This document shows positions 1 through 9,062 of a stretch of 26,302 nt of DNA, in pieces. The notes under the pieces are model-generated. The model worked only from the letters and a program-made list of their open reading frames with translations, was not told the origin of the DNA and ran no database searches. Position 1 is the first letter of the stretch; the number at the start of each line of letters is the position of its first letter. The translations under genes and the position numbers were made by a program. The stretch comes from Candidatus Sumerlaeales bacterium (GTDB taxonomy: Bacteria > Sumerlaeota > Sumerlaeia > Sumerlaeales > Sumerlaeaceae), in NCBI GenBank assembly GCA_038243585.1, contig JBBSQY010000045.1:1-26302 (forward strand), written 5' to 3'.

Positions 1-195
1 CTTTGCTTATCGTTTTGGCGGTTCCTATTCCCCGGCAGGTCCAGCGGTGGCACGTGAATGGAATCGAATCTGTGGAAGCGCCCATGTTAACCTGGCTATC
101 CAGGGCAATCGGTATATCCCTTTTTATACTGGGACTTGTGACGCTGGCAAACCCGGTGTAAGAGGTTGCGTTAGTAGTCTCAGTATTTCCAGAAT

Positions 196-1161
196 TTAAG
201 GCGCCGGCAACACTGGCGTTCGCTGCGCGAAATAAATTGGATCAGCCAGTACGGCCTCCACATTAACCATCGTAGAAACCGTAACCGTTTCAATTTCCCG
301 ATTCCCCGGTAACTCTTCAAGAGAAAGGGGCGTTCCGGAATACACGCTTATTTGCAGATAAACGCTGCTTGGCGCTACGGTAGTAATCGAAGCGCTGGCC
401 GATGGCCAAATGGTTTCCCACGGATTTGCCGACGCGGTTTTAGCGTTGGCCTGGTTCCAGAAAAGCATTCCAAAAGAAACGACGTTATAGCAAACCGGTC
501 CGCTGGTAATAACAGTGGCGCTGGTTACAGGATCGGTGCCTCTGATCTCGCGCATAAGCGTATTTTGCTGACCATCTGCATCGGCGCCCACGTAAAAGCG
601 AACGCGGCGATCCAGAGGCTCTCCCGGCACATCAAAAGTGTCAAATACGACGGAAGCCGATGTCTCGCCAAGATCCTCGTCGATATCGGTGTCATCCAGG
701 TCAAGTTTCTGGTAAAAAACAGGGCGTTCTGCATATTGCACTCCCCCGGCGGGGATAAGCGCGTGGCGGTCGCTGGTAGCTAAAGCCCAGTCGCCGTCAT
801 TGTCCGTACCATCAAACAGTTCCTCGTCCGTGGCGGTGTCCTGGTCATTATTAACCCTGTCGCCGCCGCCAACGCTAGACACTGTTTCGCCCTGGAATGC
901 AAGCCCAAGGGTGCCTGTGGTGTTCTTGGCCCGCTTTACTTCCGCGGAAAGCATCTCCATGGCCGCGCGGGCATTGGCAGTAGCATCCATGCGAGCGCGA
1001 GACTTGTCGTGGCTTTCCAGCAGTTCCACAAACGACCAGACAACGCCGCTCATAATAATAAGGACAATGGTTATGGCCACAACCAGTTCCAGCAATGTGA
1101 GACCACGGCGGCGGTTAAGCGCCAGTTTCGGATGCTTTTGATGGCGAGAGAAGGTTATCAT
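196..1161 (-). CDS. Prepilin-type N-terminal cleavage/methylation protein (PilW/GspJ-like minor pilin)
   Basis: Class III signal RRRG|LTLLELVVAITIVLIIMSG with E at +5; ATGA overlap with the upstream pilin gene; Asp-rich internal segment. Confidence 0.85.
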   Translation of the reverse strand: MITFSRHQKHPKLALNRRRGLTLLELVVAITIVLIIMSGVVWSFVELLESHDKSRARMDATANARAAMEMLSAEVKRAKNTTGTLGLAFQGETVSSVGGGDRVNNDQDTATDEELFDGTDNDGDWALATSDRHALIPAGGVQYAERPVFYQKLDLDDTDIDEDLGETSASVVFDTFDVPGEPLDRRVRFYVGADADGQQNTLMREIRGTDPVTSATVITSGPVCYNVVSFGMLFWNQANAKTASANPWETIWPSASASITTVAPSSVYLQISVYSGTPLSLEELPGNREIETVTVSTMVNVEAVLADPIYFAQRTPVLPAP

Positions 1162-1625
1162 GGGCCAAACCTCAGCTCGTACAAAATATCGGTATTAGGC
1201 CTCAGGCTTTGACGAAACTCCGGAGCATAGCGGACAATGACCCGGGCAACTCCAGGGTCTCCGTCTGGGGTCGTTCCTGCATACAGCAGCGATGTGCCGC
1301 TGAACTGGTAGGCCAGGAGCGGCTCCTGTCCAAAGGTTACCGGAGCTGTGGGGGCTGGAAGATTGCGAATGGCGCTGATAAGAGTGCCGCTGGTGTCGTC
1401 GTCCCGTCGGATTTCCTCAGCCTTCATCTGCGCCAGCATCACCGCCTTGGTCTCCAGTTCCGCTTCTCGAGCGGACACGAGGAAGCCGGGAAACAGCAGC
1501 AGGATCATCACAATGCCCACCAGCAGGATACTGAGAGATACGATAGCCTCAAGAAGACTGAAGCCTCGTTTGCGTCCGCTGCCGGTGGCAGAAAGAGTTT
1601 GGCGTTGCCTGTTTAAAATCGACAT
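1158..1625 (-). CDS. Prepilin-type protein (PilV/GspI-like minor pilin)
   Basis: RKRG|FSLLEAIVSLSILLVGI followed by the AVMLAQMKAEEIR helix typical of GspI/PilV; TAATG overlap with the upstream gene. Confidence 0.85.
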   Translation of the reverse strand: MSILNRQRQTLSATGSGRKRGFSLLEAIVSLSILLVGIVMILLLFPGFLVSAREAELETKAVMLAQMKAEEIRRDDDTSGTLISAIRNLPAPTAPVTFGQEPLLAYQFSGTSLLYAGTTPDGDPGVARVIVRYAPEFRQSLRPNTDILYELRFGP

Positions 1626-2203
1626 TATGGCTTTACCGCCACTATCTTCGGCTTGGCCGTCGCGGAGAACAGACGAACTTCGCTGGTAAGGCGGCCACCG
1701 GGAGAAACAAAAGTATCTTCCAAAAGTCGGATATTGGCTTCATCCGAGGAGCCGTTTGGCCTGAACCTGAGTACCAGGTAGGGATTGGCCGTTGTCACGG
1801 TGTAAGATGTCCCCTTAATCCGGGCATCCAGAATCTGCACAGACGGAGGAAACGTCTGCCACGGAACCACCAAAGCCCGCGTTGCGGGTTCCAGGGTGGC
1901 CGGATTCGCGTCAGTGCTGGTTCCCGGATCGATTTCATCAATCCAGAAGCCAAATTTTACGGCGCCGCTGACAGGATCCTTAGTTTGAATCACCACCCGG
2001 TGCCATGCATTTCGGCTGACGGCCAGGCTGCGGGCGTTCATAAGAACATCCCGCACGGATTCCGCTCCGCTGCGCAGGCTGCGCCGCTGCTGCATCGAGC
2101 TATAGGAGTTGACCGCCACAATGGTGAGGATCATGGCAATTGCCACCACCGCCATCAGCTCCAGGAGCGAAAAGCCTCTATGTTTTTTTATAGTAATTCG
2201 CAT
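1625..2203 (-). CDS. Prepilin-type protein (FimT/GspH-like minor pilin)
   Basis: KKHRG|FSLLELMAVVAIAMIL; LMNARSLAVSRN and LRFRPNGS motifs characteristic of FimT/GspH; ATG at 2203 (alternative TTG at 2212). Confidence 0.85.
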   Translation of the reverse strand: MRITIKKHRGFSLLELMAVVAIAMILTIVAVNSYSSMQQRRSLRSGAESVRDVLMNARSLAVSRNAWHRVVIQTKDPVSGAVKFGFWIDEIDPGTSTDANPATLEPATRALVVPWQTFPPSVQILDARIKGTSYTVTTANPYLVLRFRPNGSSDEANIRLLEDTFVSPGGRLTSEVRLFSATAKPKIVAVKP

Positions 2204-2413
2204 GAAATTCAAAGGTTTATCATCAGCCTGTTCATGTATATGGCAGGGCAGTCGGGAGCGTCAACCCTGTATAGGTAGCATTTACTGGCATAAGAAGGAT
2301 AGATGGGTGAGCATCAACCGCTTGCAAACTCAAAGCGATGAGTGAGCGATTTTTTTCTGACAGGTCGATCATGGGGCGAAACCCTGTAAAATGAAGGTTG
2401 GCCTTCCCAAAAC

Positions 2414-3841
2414 CTATGGCTTTTTCGGCTCCACCTTCAGCGGTCCCGTCATCTCTTCCGGCTTGACCCACGCGTCGAATTCCTCGCTGGTCACGTGGCC
2501 CAGCTCCAGGGCGCTGTCTTTCAGGCTCAGGCCTTTGCGGTGGGCATTCAGGGCAATCTTCGCAGATTTATCATAGCCGATGTGAGGGTTCAGGGCTGTC
2601 ACGGTCATCAGGCTGCTATCCAGGTTCTGCTTAATTTTTTCGAGATTGGGCTCAATGCCCACGGCACAATGGTCATTAAACATCCGGCAACCGTCGGCCA
2701 GCAGCGTAATGGATTCCAGCACATTGTGAAGCATGACCGGCTTATACACGTTAAGCTGAAAATTCCCCTGGCTGCCCGCGAAGGCGACAGCGGTGTCGTT
2801 TCCGAACACCTGGCAGACAACCATGGTGAGAGCTTCGGCCTGGGTTGGGTTGATCTTTCCGGGCATAATGGATGAACCGGGTTCATTCTCGGGGATTGTC
2901 AGTTCCGCGAAACCGGCGCGGGGGCCACAGGCATACCAGCGCACGTCGTTGGCGATCTTCATAAGTGCCCCGGCCAATGTGCGGAGGGCCGCGCTGACGT
3001 TGACCATGGCATCATGGGCGGAGAGGGCGGCAAATTTGTTGGGCGCGTCCACAAATGGGCAACCGGTTTCTTCTGCGATTAACCGGGCGCAGACCTCGCC
3101 GAAGCGCGGGTGGGCGTTCAGACCCGTACCGACGGCCGTGCCGCCAATGGCCAGCTCGCATACGCCGGGGATGGACCGGCGTACGGTGTCGATACCCTGG
3201 TCGATCTGGGCTACCCAGCTACCGATCACCTGCCCCAGCGTGACGGGCGTAGCATCTTGCAGATGAGTGCGACCCACCATTACGACCCCATCAAACTGCT
3301 TTGCCTTTGCGTCCAGCGTATCGCGGAGTTCTGTCAGGGCGGGGATAAGCACCTGCTCAAGCTGCTCCACGGTTGCGATGTGCATGGCTGTGGGAAAAGT
3401 GTCGTTCGACGATTGCCCTTTATTGACGTCGTCGTTGGGGTTGACGGGATCTTTACTTCCGACGACTCCGCCAGCGATCTGGATGGCGCGGTTGGCGATG
3501 ACTTCATTAGAGTTCATGTTGCTCTGGGTGCCGCTGCCGGTCTGGAACACGACCAGGGGGAACTCAGCGTCAAGGGCGCCGGAGATGACTTCGTCGGCGG
3601 CCTGCACAATCAAATCGGTCTTGTTTTTCGGAAGCAGTTCCAGTTCGTGGTTGGCGAGAGCGGCGCATTTTTTTAAGACGCCAAGGGCCCGGATGACAGG
3701 GCGCCCCCATTGAAATCGATCCACGCCGATTTTAAAATTGATAGTAGAGCGCTGGGTTTGCGCGCCCCATAGCTTGTCTGCGGGCACCTGGACGTCGCCA
3801 AGGCTGTCTTTTTCCGTGCGAAATTGCGGGGTAGAGGTCAT
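2414..3841 (-). CDS. fumC: Class II fumarate hydratase
   Basis: Signature [15 protein letters not shown], plus [22 protein letters not shown] and N-terminal FRTEKDSLG. Confidence 0.97.
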   Translation of the reverse strand: MTSTPQFRTEKDSLGDVQVPADKLWGAQTQRSTINFKIGVDRFQWGRPVIRALGVLKKCAALANHELELLPKNKTDLIVQAADEVISGALDAEFPLVVFQTGSGTQSNMNSNEVIANRAIQIAGGVVGSKDPVNPNDDVNKGQSSNDTFPTAMHIATVEQLEQVLIPALTELRDTLDAKAKQFDGVVMVGRTHLQDATPVTLGQVIGSWVAQIDQGIDTVRRSIPGVCELAIGGTAVGTGLNAHPRFGEVCARLIAEETGCPFVDAPNKFAALSAHDAMVNVSAALRTLAGALMKIANDVRWYACGPRAGFAELTIPENEPGSSIMPGKINPTQAEALTMVVCQVFGNDTAVAFAGSQGNFQLNVYKPVMLHNVLESITLLADGCRMFNDHCAVGIEPNLEKIKQNLDSSLMTVTALNPHIGYDKSAKIALNAHRKGLSLKDSALELGHVTSEEFDAWVKPEEMTGPLKVEPKKP

Positions 3842-4062
3842 GGTAAAAGCTATATTTCGCGGGGCGCGGGGTTATGCGTCTCAGCAGGAGGAATTGCAGA
3901 TAATTTGCCACGAAGGCGCGGAGGGAAAAGCAAAAGAAGGATAAGCGATGCAAAAAGCATTTTTTTTACCAGGCTCTCAGCGCTATCCCGTTTTTGCGTT
4001 AAATCTTTTTAACTTGTCAACTTTGCGTCGTGGGTCTCCGTCTTAGTCGGAAAGGTAATTGG

Positions 4063-5358
4063 ATGAACGCGTTGGAATCTGTAAATTTAGGATCAGACAG
4101 CATCGGTGCAGTTCCCGTCGATGATCTGCAGACGCAGCTTGATGCGGTCGCGGCGGGACCAAACTGGGGCGTCGACGCTGTGGATGCGCTTTTGCGGCAC
4201 GGGGACGCCCTGGGCTGCTCAGACCTTCATGTGGCGTGTCTTCGCGATAGGCTCGTGGTGCGGGGGCGGCTGCATGGTTCGCTTTTCCCCCTGGCATCCA
4301 TAGCTGGAGACCAGCGCGACCTGATTATTTCCCGCCTGAAAATTTTAGCGCGTCTGCCCGCCTTTCAAAAATCGGAACCCCAGGATGGGCGGCTGGAGTT
4401 TACGCCGGTCGTGGGCGCTGCCCGGCTGTTGCGCGTTTCTTTTCTGCCCACGATTCATGGCGAGAACGTGGTTATTCGATTTCCCCAGGATGAGGAATCT
4501 CAGGCGCTCTCCCTGGACGGGCTCGGGATGTCTCCGGAAACCTTTGAGGCGGTGCGCGATCTTTTGCACCGTCAGGAGGGGACCGTGCTGCTGACCGGCC
4601 CCAGCAGCAGCGGCAAGACGACGACCATGTACGCGATGCTGCGCTGGCTAAACCAGCACCACGGCGACCGCATGAACATCCTGACCATCGAAGACCCGGT
4701 GGAGCGCGATCTGGGTTTCGCCGGACAGGTGCAGGTGAACACGGCCCAGGGGCTGACGTTTGAGCGGGCGCTTCGTTCTGCGCTCCGCCAGGATCCTAAT
4801 GTGTTGATGCTCGGTGAAATCCGGGACACGGAAACGGCCCGCGTGACTATGCAGGCGGGAATGTCCGGCCACTTGGTCATCAGCACCCTTCACGCGGGGA
4901 GGGCGAGTCTCGTGTTCAGCCGGCTGCTATCCATGGGGATAGAGCCATACCTGGTGGCATCAGCCATCAGCGGAGCCATAGCCCAGCGGCTCGCGCGAGC
5001 GATTTGCAAGGCCTGCGCTTCCGGTAGGGATAGCTCGCCGAGCCGTCCGCAATCCTCCGCTTCCGGTAGGGATGGCTCGCCGAGCCGTCCGCAATCGCCG
5101 AACCGTCCACACGCAGTCTGCTCTGAATGCGCTGGCGCCGGATGCGCGGGTCGCATCGGCCTGTTTGAGTGCTGCCGCGTCACCGAAACCCTTCGCGAGC
5201 TTATCCTGGCGTCCGCAGCTCCGGGCCGCGTGGCGGAAGAGGCGGCGCGGTCCCAGACAGCCAGCCTGCGAGACGAAGCCGCCCGCTGTGTAACCAGCGG
5301 CTTGATCGCCCGAAGTGAAATGGAATTTATCTTTGCGGGAGAGGAAGAGCCGGCATGA
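4063..5358 (+). CDS. GspE/PilB-family secretion/pilus assembly ATPase, short form lacking the N1 domain
   Basis: SDLH, PQDGR, Walker A GPSSSGKTTT, TIEDPVE, LRQDPNVLMLGEIRD, GHLVISTLH, CxxC...CxxC; AAAGGT 6 nt before ATG 4063 (ORF track starts at GTG 4030). Confidence 0.92.
   Translation: MNALESVNLGSDSIGAVPVDDLQTQLDAVAAGPNWGVDAVDALLRHGDALGCSDLHVACLRDRLVVRGRLHGSLFPLASIAGDQRDLIISRLKILARLPAFQKSEPQDGRLEFTPVVGAARLLRVSFLPTIHGENVVIRFPQDEESQALSLDGLGMSPETFEAVRDLLHRQEGTVLLTGPSSSGKTTTMYAMLRWLNQHHGDRMNILTIEDPVERDLGFAGQVQVNTAQGLTFERALRSALRQDPNVLMLGEIRDTETARVTMQAGMSGHLVISTLHAGRASLVFSRLLSMGIEPYLVASAISGAIAQRLARAICKACASGRDSSPSRPQSSASGRDGSPSRPQSPNRPHAVCSECAGAGCAGRIGLFECCRVTETLRELILASAAPGRVAEEAARSQTASLRDEAARCVTSGLIARSEMEFIFAGEEEPA
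5016..5110 (+). repeat. Tandem GTAG-type REP palindromes (42-nt period, two copies plus a partial third) inside the ATPase CDS
   Basis: GTAG-GGAT(A/G)GCTCG-C-CGAGCCGTCC-GCAA at 5024 and 5066; 5065-5094 is identical to 21205-21234. Confidence 0.85.
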
Positions 5359-6875
5359 GTGACGATGTTGTAAACGATCCAGGCAACCCAGTCATCGCGG
5401 ACAGAGGCGTCGCAAAGCCGCCCCCGTTGCCGATCCGGAACAAAAAAACGCGACGCGGCCAGTGGAAGCTTTTTGCTTTCGCCAATTCCGCAACCCGCCC
5501 GGAGGCCAAGGCTATTCTCTTTCAGGAGCTGTCCGTCGCCACCGCCAATGGGATGCCCTTGGATGAAGCCCTTGAGATGGCGGTGCGAAGCGAACGAGAC
5601 CGCGTGGGCGGCGCTAAAACGGCGGATGAAGGCGGCCCGTGGAGTATTATCCAGACACTTGTGGCGCTAATCTATATTTTTTTCTCGTCGATTGGCGTGC
5701 TATTGCTTCTTCTGCTGACCAGCGTGTGGGCCACGGATGTCGAGCGAGTCGCGCGGGTGTTGGCCATGCGCCTTCTGCCGTTTATACGGGCGGGGCATTC
5801 TCTCTCTTCCGCCATGGCAATGCTGCGTTCGGATTACAGCCCCCAGGAAGTCAGCATCATCCGCGCCGGAGAAAGCTGGAACAACCTGCCGACTGCGCTG
5901 GAAAAGCTGGGACAATTTCAGTATTATGAGCGGGAGCTGCAGCGTCACTGGGCTCGCATGATGTATCCATTATGGCTGTTCTTAGTGATGGGAACCATCA
6001 TGACGTTCTCAGCTGTCTTTATCCTGCCTAAGTTTAAGGATATTTATGATCAACTGGGCGCTGAACTCCCAGGCATCACGCAGCTTATAGTTGATGTTGC
6101 TGCATGGGCAACTTCGGCGGGTATGCCTTTCCTATTTCTTCTGCTGGGACTGATCTCATTCATAATGACCATCCGATTGCTCATGGTCGGCAACCGCACC
6201 CTGCGGGACATCGCTGCAGGGGGACTGTTTATTTTGGGGATTGTGGGGATAAACGTCGCCATGTTTGCGTTTAGCGATGCAGCTGTGGATACCATCGGAT
6301 CTATTGGTGTTTTTATTGTAGTGATACTCTCCGCAATCCTTCCTGCCATGGTTCTCATGGCGGTTCTTAGTGAGTCGGAAAAACTTGTGCTGTGGCTGGA
6401 GCGCACGGCGAGCCGGTGGTTTGGAAATATTCCCGTCATTGGTGCTCCGCGCCGTACGGAAATGGAATCGCGCTGGCTGGCTGCGCTTTCTCTTGGATTG
6501 AGCAGCGGCATTGAAGCTCCTGTGGCCATTGAGGCGGCGGGCGACATCTGCGGCGGCTCTCTCGCCAGGAGTTCGCGCCGCGCCGCCGAACTGGCCGGAC
6601 AGGGGCATTCCATTGGCGAGGCCGTGGTCAAAGCCCGGGTGTTGCGCCCGCGTTACGCGAACCGGCTGCGACTGCTGGACGGTCGCCCCGGCTATCTTGC
6701 GGATCTTGCGGATATTTCAGAAGACGCCGCCCGGGACTCTTTTCACACGTTGAACCGCGCCAGCCGAATCGCTGAGGTGGCGACGGTTTGCGTCATAGGC
6801 GTCAGTGTTGCGATCTTCGCTATCGCCATGTATGTGCCGCTTTTTCAGATTCCCCAGGTCGTGGGCCATTATTAA
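5355..6875 (+). CDS. GspF/PilC-family inner-membrane platform protein, long paralogue with extra hydrophobic segments
   Basis: QELSVATANGMPLDEAL, IIRAGESWNNLPTAL, MYP...ILPKFKDIYDQLGAELPGITQ, C-terminal AMYVPLF; ATGA overlap with the ATPase. Confidence 0.85.
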   Translation: MSDDVVNDPGNPVIADRGVAKPPPLPIRNKKTRRGQWKLFAFANSATRPEAKAILFQELSVATANGMPLDEALEMAVRSERDRVGGAKTADEGGPWSIIQTLVALIYIFFSSIGVLLLLLLTSVWATDVERVARVLAMRLLPFIRAGHSLSSAMAMLRSDYSPQEVSIIRAGESWNNLPTALEKLGQFQYYERELQRHWARMMYPLWLFLVMGTIMTFSAVFILPKFKDIYDQLGAELPGITQLIVDVAAWATSAGMPFLFLLLGLISFIMTIRLLMVGNRTLRDIAAGGLFILGIVGINVAMFAFSDAAVDTIGSIGVFIVVILSAILPAMVLMAVLSESEKLVLWLERTASRWFGNIPVIGAPRRTEMESRWLAALSLGLSSGIEAPVAIEAAGDICGGSLARSSRRAAELAGQGHSIGEAVVKARVLRPRYANRLRLLDGRPGYLADLADISEDAARDSFHTLNRASRIAEVATVCVIGVSVAIFAIAMYVPLFQIPQVVGHY

Positions 6876-6890
6876 ACGGAGACTATTTTG

Positions 6891-7922
6891 ATGAGCACAA
6901 TAGACATAAATGAATTGGACCGCCTGACCAGTGAACTGGCTAGCTTCGCCCGAAGCGGCGTGCCGCTGCCGGAAGGTCTGGCGCAGCTCCACTCCAGCCT
7001 GCCCGGCGGAAAATTGAAAAGCTTGTCAGGAGAGCTTTCCGCCGCCACGGCGCAAGGGCAGCCGCTGTCCGAGGCCCTAAAAAACAGCAGCATCACGGTG
7101 CCAGCTTCATTTGCTGCCCTGGTGCGGTGCGGCGAAATCAGCGGAGACTTGAGTGGCGTGCTTGACTTTGCCCTCAAGCACGGCCGCCGATTGAAAAACC
7201 ACAGAGCTTCAATGATGACAATCCTGATCTATCCGTTGCTGGTCTTAGTTGTCATGGTTGTTATTCTCGCCTTTACCATGATGGTCATTATGCCGCGTTT
7301 TACGGACATTTACGAGCAGCTCGGCGCGCAGCTCCCCGGACCCACGCAGCTGTTAGTCGATGTTTCCGATATGTTTTCACAAGGTTTTGGAATCCTTGTC
7401 GTTCTGGCGTTGCTGGCCGTTGGCGGCTACCTTTTGATCGCCGCAGCTTCCGAGCGGCTGCCGTCGCGGCTTATGGCGTTTCTACCGGGGGTTCGCAGTC
7501 TCGTGTATCTCAGCGACACTTCCATAATGACGGAGTTCGTCGGCCACCTGTTAGGCCGGGGCGTGCCGCTGCCAGAGGCTTGTCGCGCTGCGTCTCTGGT
7601 GGTATATAATGAAGATATGCGGCGGTCGCTGGAGAAAATGGCTGTCGCCTCTGAACAGGGCGGAACCTCTGGAGATGAACTAAACAGCGGGATTCCGGCC
7701 ACAGCGGCCTGGCTTTACCGTCAGGGCGAGGCGCGGGGGACGCTGGCGGACAGCTGCGCCGGCATCGCCCGCTACTGCGAAAATCGGTTTGAGATTGTCA
7801 GCCGACGCACCCTCCATCTGATGGAGCCGATGTTCATTCTTATCATATCGGTATTTTGCGGAGCAATGGTGATAGCGCTCTATTTGCCATTGTTTAATAT
7901 ACCAAAAATCATGGGCCATTGA
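6891..7922 (+). CDS. GspF/PilC-family inner-membrane platform protein, second paralogue
   Basis: LASFARSGVPLPEGL, LVRCGEISGDL, LIYP...MPRFTDIYEQLGAQLPGPTQ, LMEP...ALYLPLF; GGAG upstream (TTG 6888 is an alternative start). Confidence 0.9.
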   Translation: MSTIDINELDRLTSELASFARSGVPLPEGLAQLHSSLPGGKLKSLSGELSAATAQGQPLSEALKNSSITVPASFAALVRCGEISGDLSGVLDFALKHGRRLKNHRASMMTILIYPLLVLVVMVVILAFTMMVIMPRFTDIYEQLGAQLPGPTQLLVDVSDMFSQGFGILVVLALLAVGGYLLIAAASERLPSRLMAFLPGVRSLVYLSDTSIMTEFVGHLLGRGVPLPEACRAASLVVYNEDMRRSLEKMAVASEQGGTSGDELNSGIPATAAWLYRQGEARGTLADSCAGIARYCENRFEIVSRRTLHLMEPMFILIISVFCGAMVIALYLPLFNIPKIMGH

Positions 7923-7923
7923 C

Positions 7924-8544
7924 ATGATTAACCACACAGATAAGAAAGCCAAACCAGCATTCGTAGTCACCTATAAGAACGTAGGATGGGCATTCCTGCC
8001 CGTCTCGCAAATCTGCTTCTCAAGAGCAGGACACACGACAACCCAAACGTTAATGCCGGAAAAGCGGGCATGTATAAATCAAGATCGCCTTCACAGGTTT
8101 AGCGGGCTAAGTAATTTAAGATATTCCAATCAGATCCTGAGTCCATCTAGACGGGCAGGAATGCCCATCCTACGCTCACGGAGCAGGGGTTTGACCCTGG
8201 TAGAGTGCCTCGTGTTTGTAGTTATCTGGAGCAGTGTGAGCATCGCCAGCCTGTGGGCGATTCAGGAAGCGAGCCTGATGCGCGGCAAGGCGAGCCAGCG
8301 GGCGGAGCTAGCGGCTGTGGCGCAGTCGGAGCTGGAACAGGCGCGAGCCCTCCCCGCGGCGGACCTGCGACCCGGGCCGCAGATTCGACCGGCGGCGGAC
8401 TGGTGGCCTGCGGGAACCAGTTGCACGGTTACGCTGACGCCGCAATCACCGGCGGCATGGCTGGTGGACGTGCAAGTGGATCGGGCTACGACGCGCGGGC
8501 TTCGTCCGGTGCGCCTGACTTCGGTACGGAGGGCTGGATTATGA
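7924..8544 (+). CDS. Prepilin-type protein (GspI/PilV-like) with a REP pair in its leader region
   Basis: RSRG|LTLVECLVFVVIW, AVAQSELEQAR; ATG 1 nt after the upstream stop; alternative start ATG 8161 lies inside the right-hand REP. Confidence 0.75.
   Translation: MINHTDKKAKPAFVVTYKNVGWAFLPVSQICFSRAGHTTTQTLMPEKRACINQDRLHRFSGLSNLRYSNQILSPSRRAGMPILRSRSRGLTLVECLVFVVIWSSVSIASLWAIQEASLMRGKASQRAELAAVAQSELEQARALPAADLRPGPQIRPAADWWPAGTSCTVTLTPQSPAAWLVDVQVDRATTRGLRPVRLTSVRRAGL
7980..8174. repeat. Inverted pair of GTAG-type REPs (REPIN-like), 26-bp perfect inverted repeat with 143-bp spacer
   Basis: CGTAGGATGGGCATTCCTGCCCGTCT at 7980-8005 and its exact reverse complement at 8149-8174; each arm is itself a hairpin with a TTCC/GGAA loop. 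Confidence 0.9.
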
Positions 8545-9062
8545 AAACGCGCATCGCTCAGATAAATATCAAATTGGGCTGCCGGGGATTTACCCTGATA
8601 GAGCTCCTCATCGTGGTTGCAATTATCGCCGTTGTCGCCTCCGGAAGTATGGCCGTGATAACGGGTCCCATGTTTGAGCGGGTTCGCGCGGAAGACCAGG
8701 AGGCCTTTGAAGCAGGCGCCGGGGTATTCTTTGCGACGCTCGTGCAGGACGCCCACCGGGCGAAATCCATGGATGTGGATGCCACGGGGACGATAACACT
8801 CGCGGGCGCGCCTGCCACTGCGGGCGGGATCGTCTACGCGGTAAACGACCAGGGGACGTTGACCCGCACCGTCGGCGATAAGCCGGGGGCGAAGCTTGTG
8901 CCTGGCGTGCGAGCTCTGAGGGCGGAAAAACTTTCGACCGGCTCGCTCTGGTCGGTTGGCCTGACGGCAAACATTCGCGGTTACGATGGCAAACCTACGA
9001 CCGTTACCCGGCGCATGGACATACTTGCGGGCGCCAACGCCTGGACCGGAGGCCCCTCATGA
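8541..9062 (+). CDS. Prepilin-type protein (GspJ/PilW-like)
   Basis: Likely start ATG 8541 (GGAGG upstream, ATGA overlap): MKTRIAQINIKLGCRG|FTLIELLIVVAIIAVVASG. Confidence 0.85.
   Translation: MKTRIAQINIKLGCRGFTLIELLIVVAIIAVVASGSMAVITGPMFERVRAEDQEAFEAGAGVFFATLVQDAHRAKSMDVDATGTITLAGAPATAGGIVYAVNDQGTLTRTVGDKPGAKLVPGVRALRAEKLSTGSLWSVGLTANIRGYDGKPTTVTRRMDILAGANAWTGGPS

Noticed and set aside
1..85. Open frame on the minus strand from ATG 85 to the window edge
   Set aside because: Too short, with no RBS or recognisable motif.
2414..3841. Functional link between fumC and the pilus genes
   Set aside because: Ordinary housekeeping enzyme separated by about 200-nt spacers; adjacency alone is not evidence.
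3900..4030. Purine-rich then pyrimidine-rich tracts in the fumC/ATPase divergent spacer (possible decayed repeat or promoter)
   Set aside because: No clear stem or promoter consensus could be defined by eye.
8205..8540. 5' extension of ORF 8205..9062
   Set aside because: It overlaps the upstream pilin in another frame; ATG 8541 has an RBS, an ATGA overlap and a normal leader.
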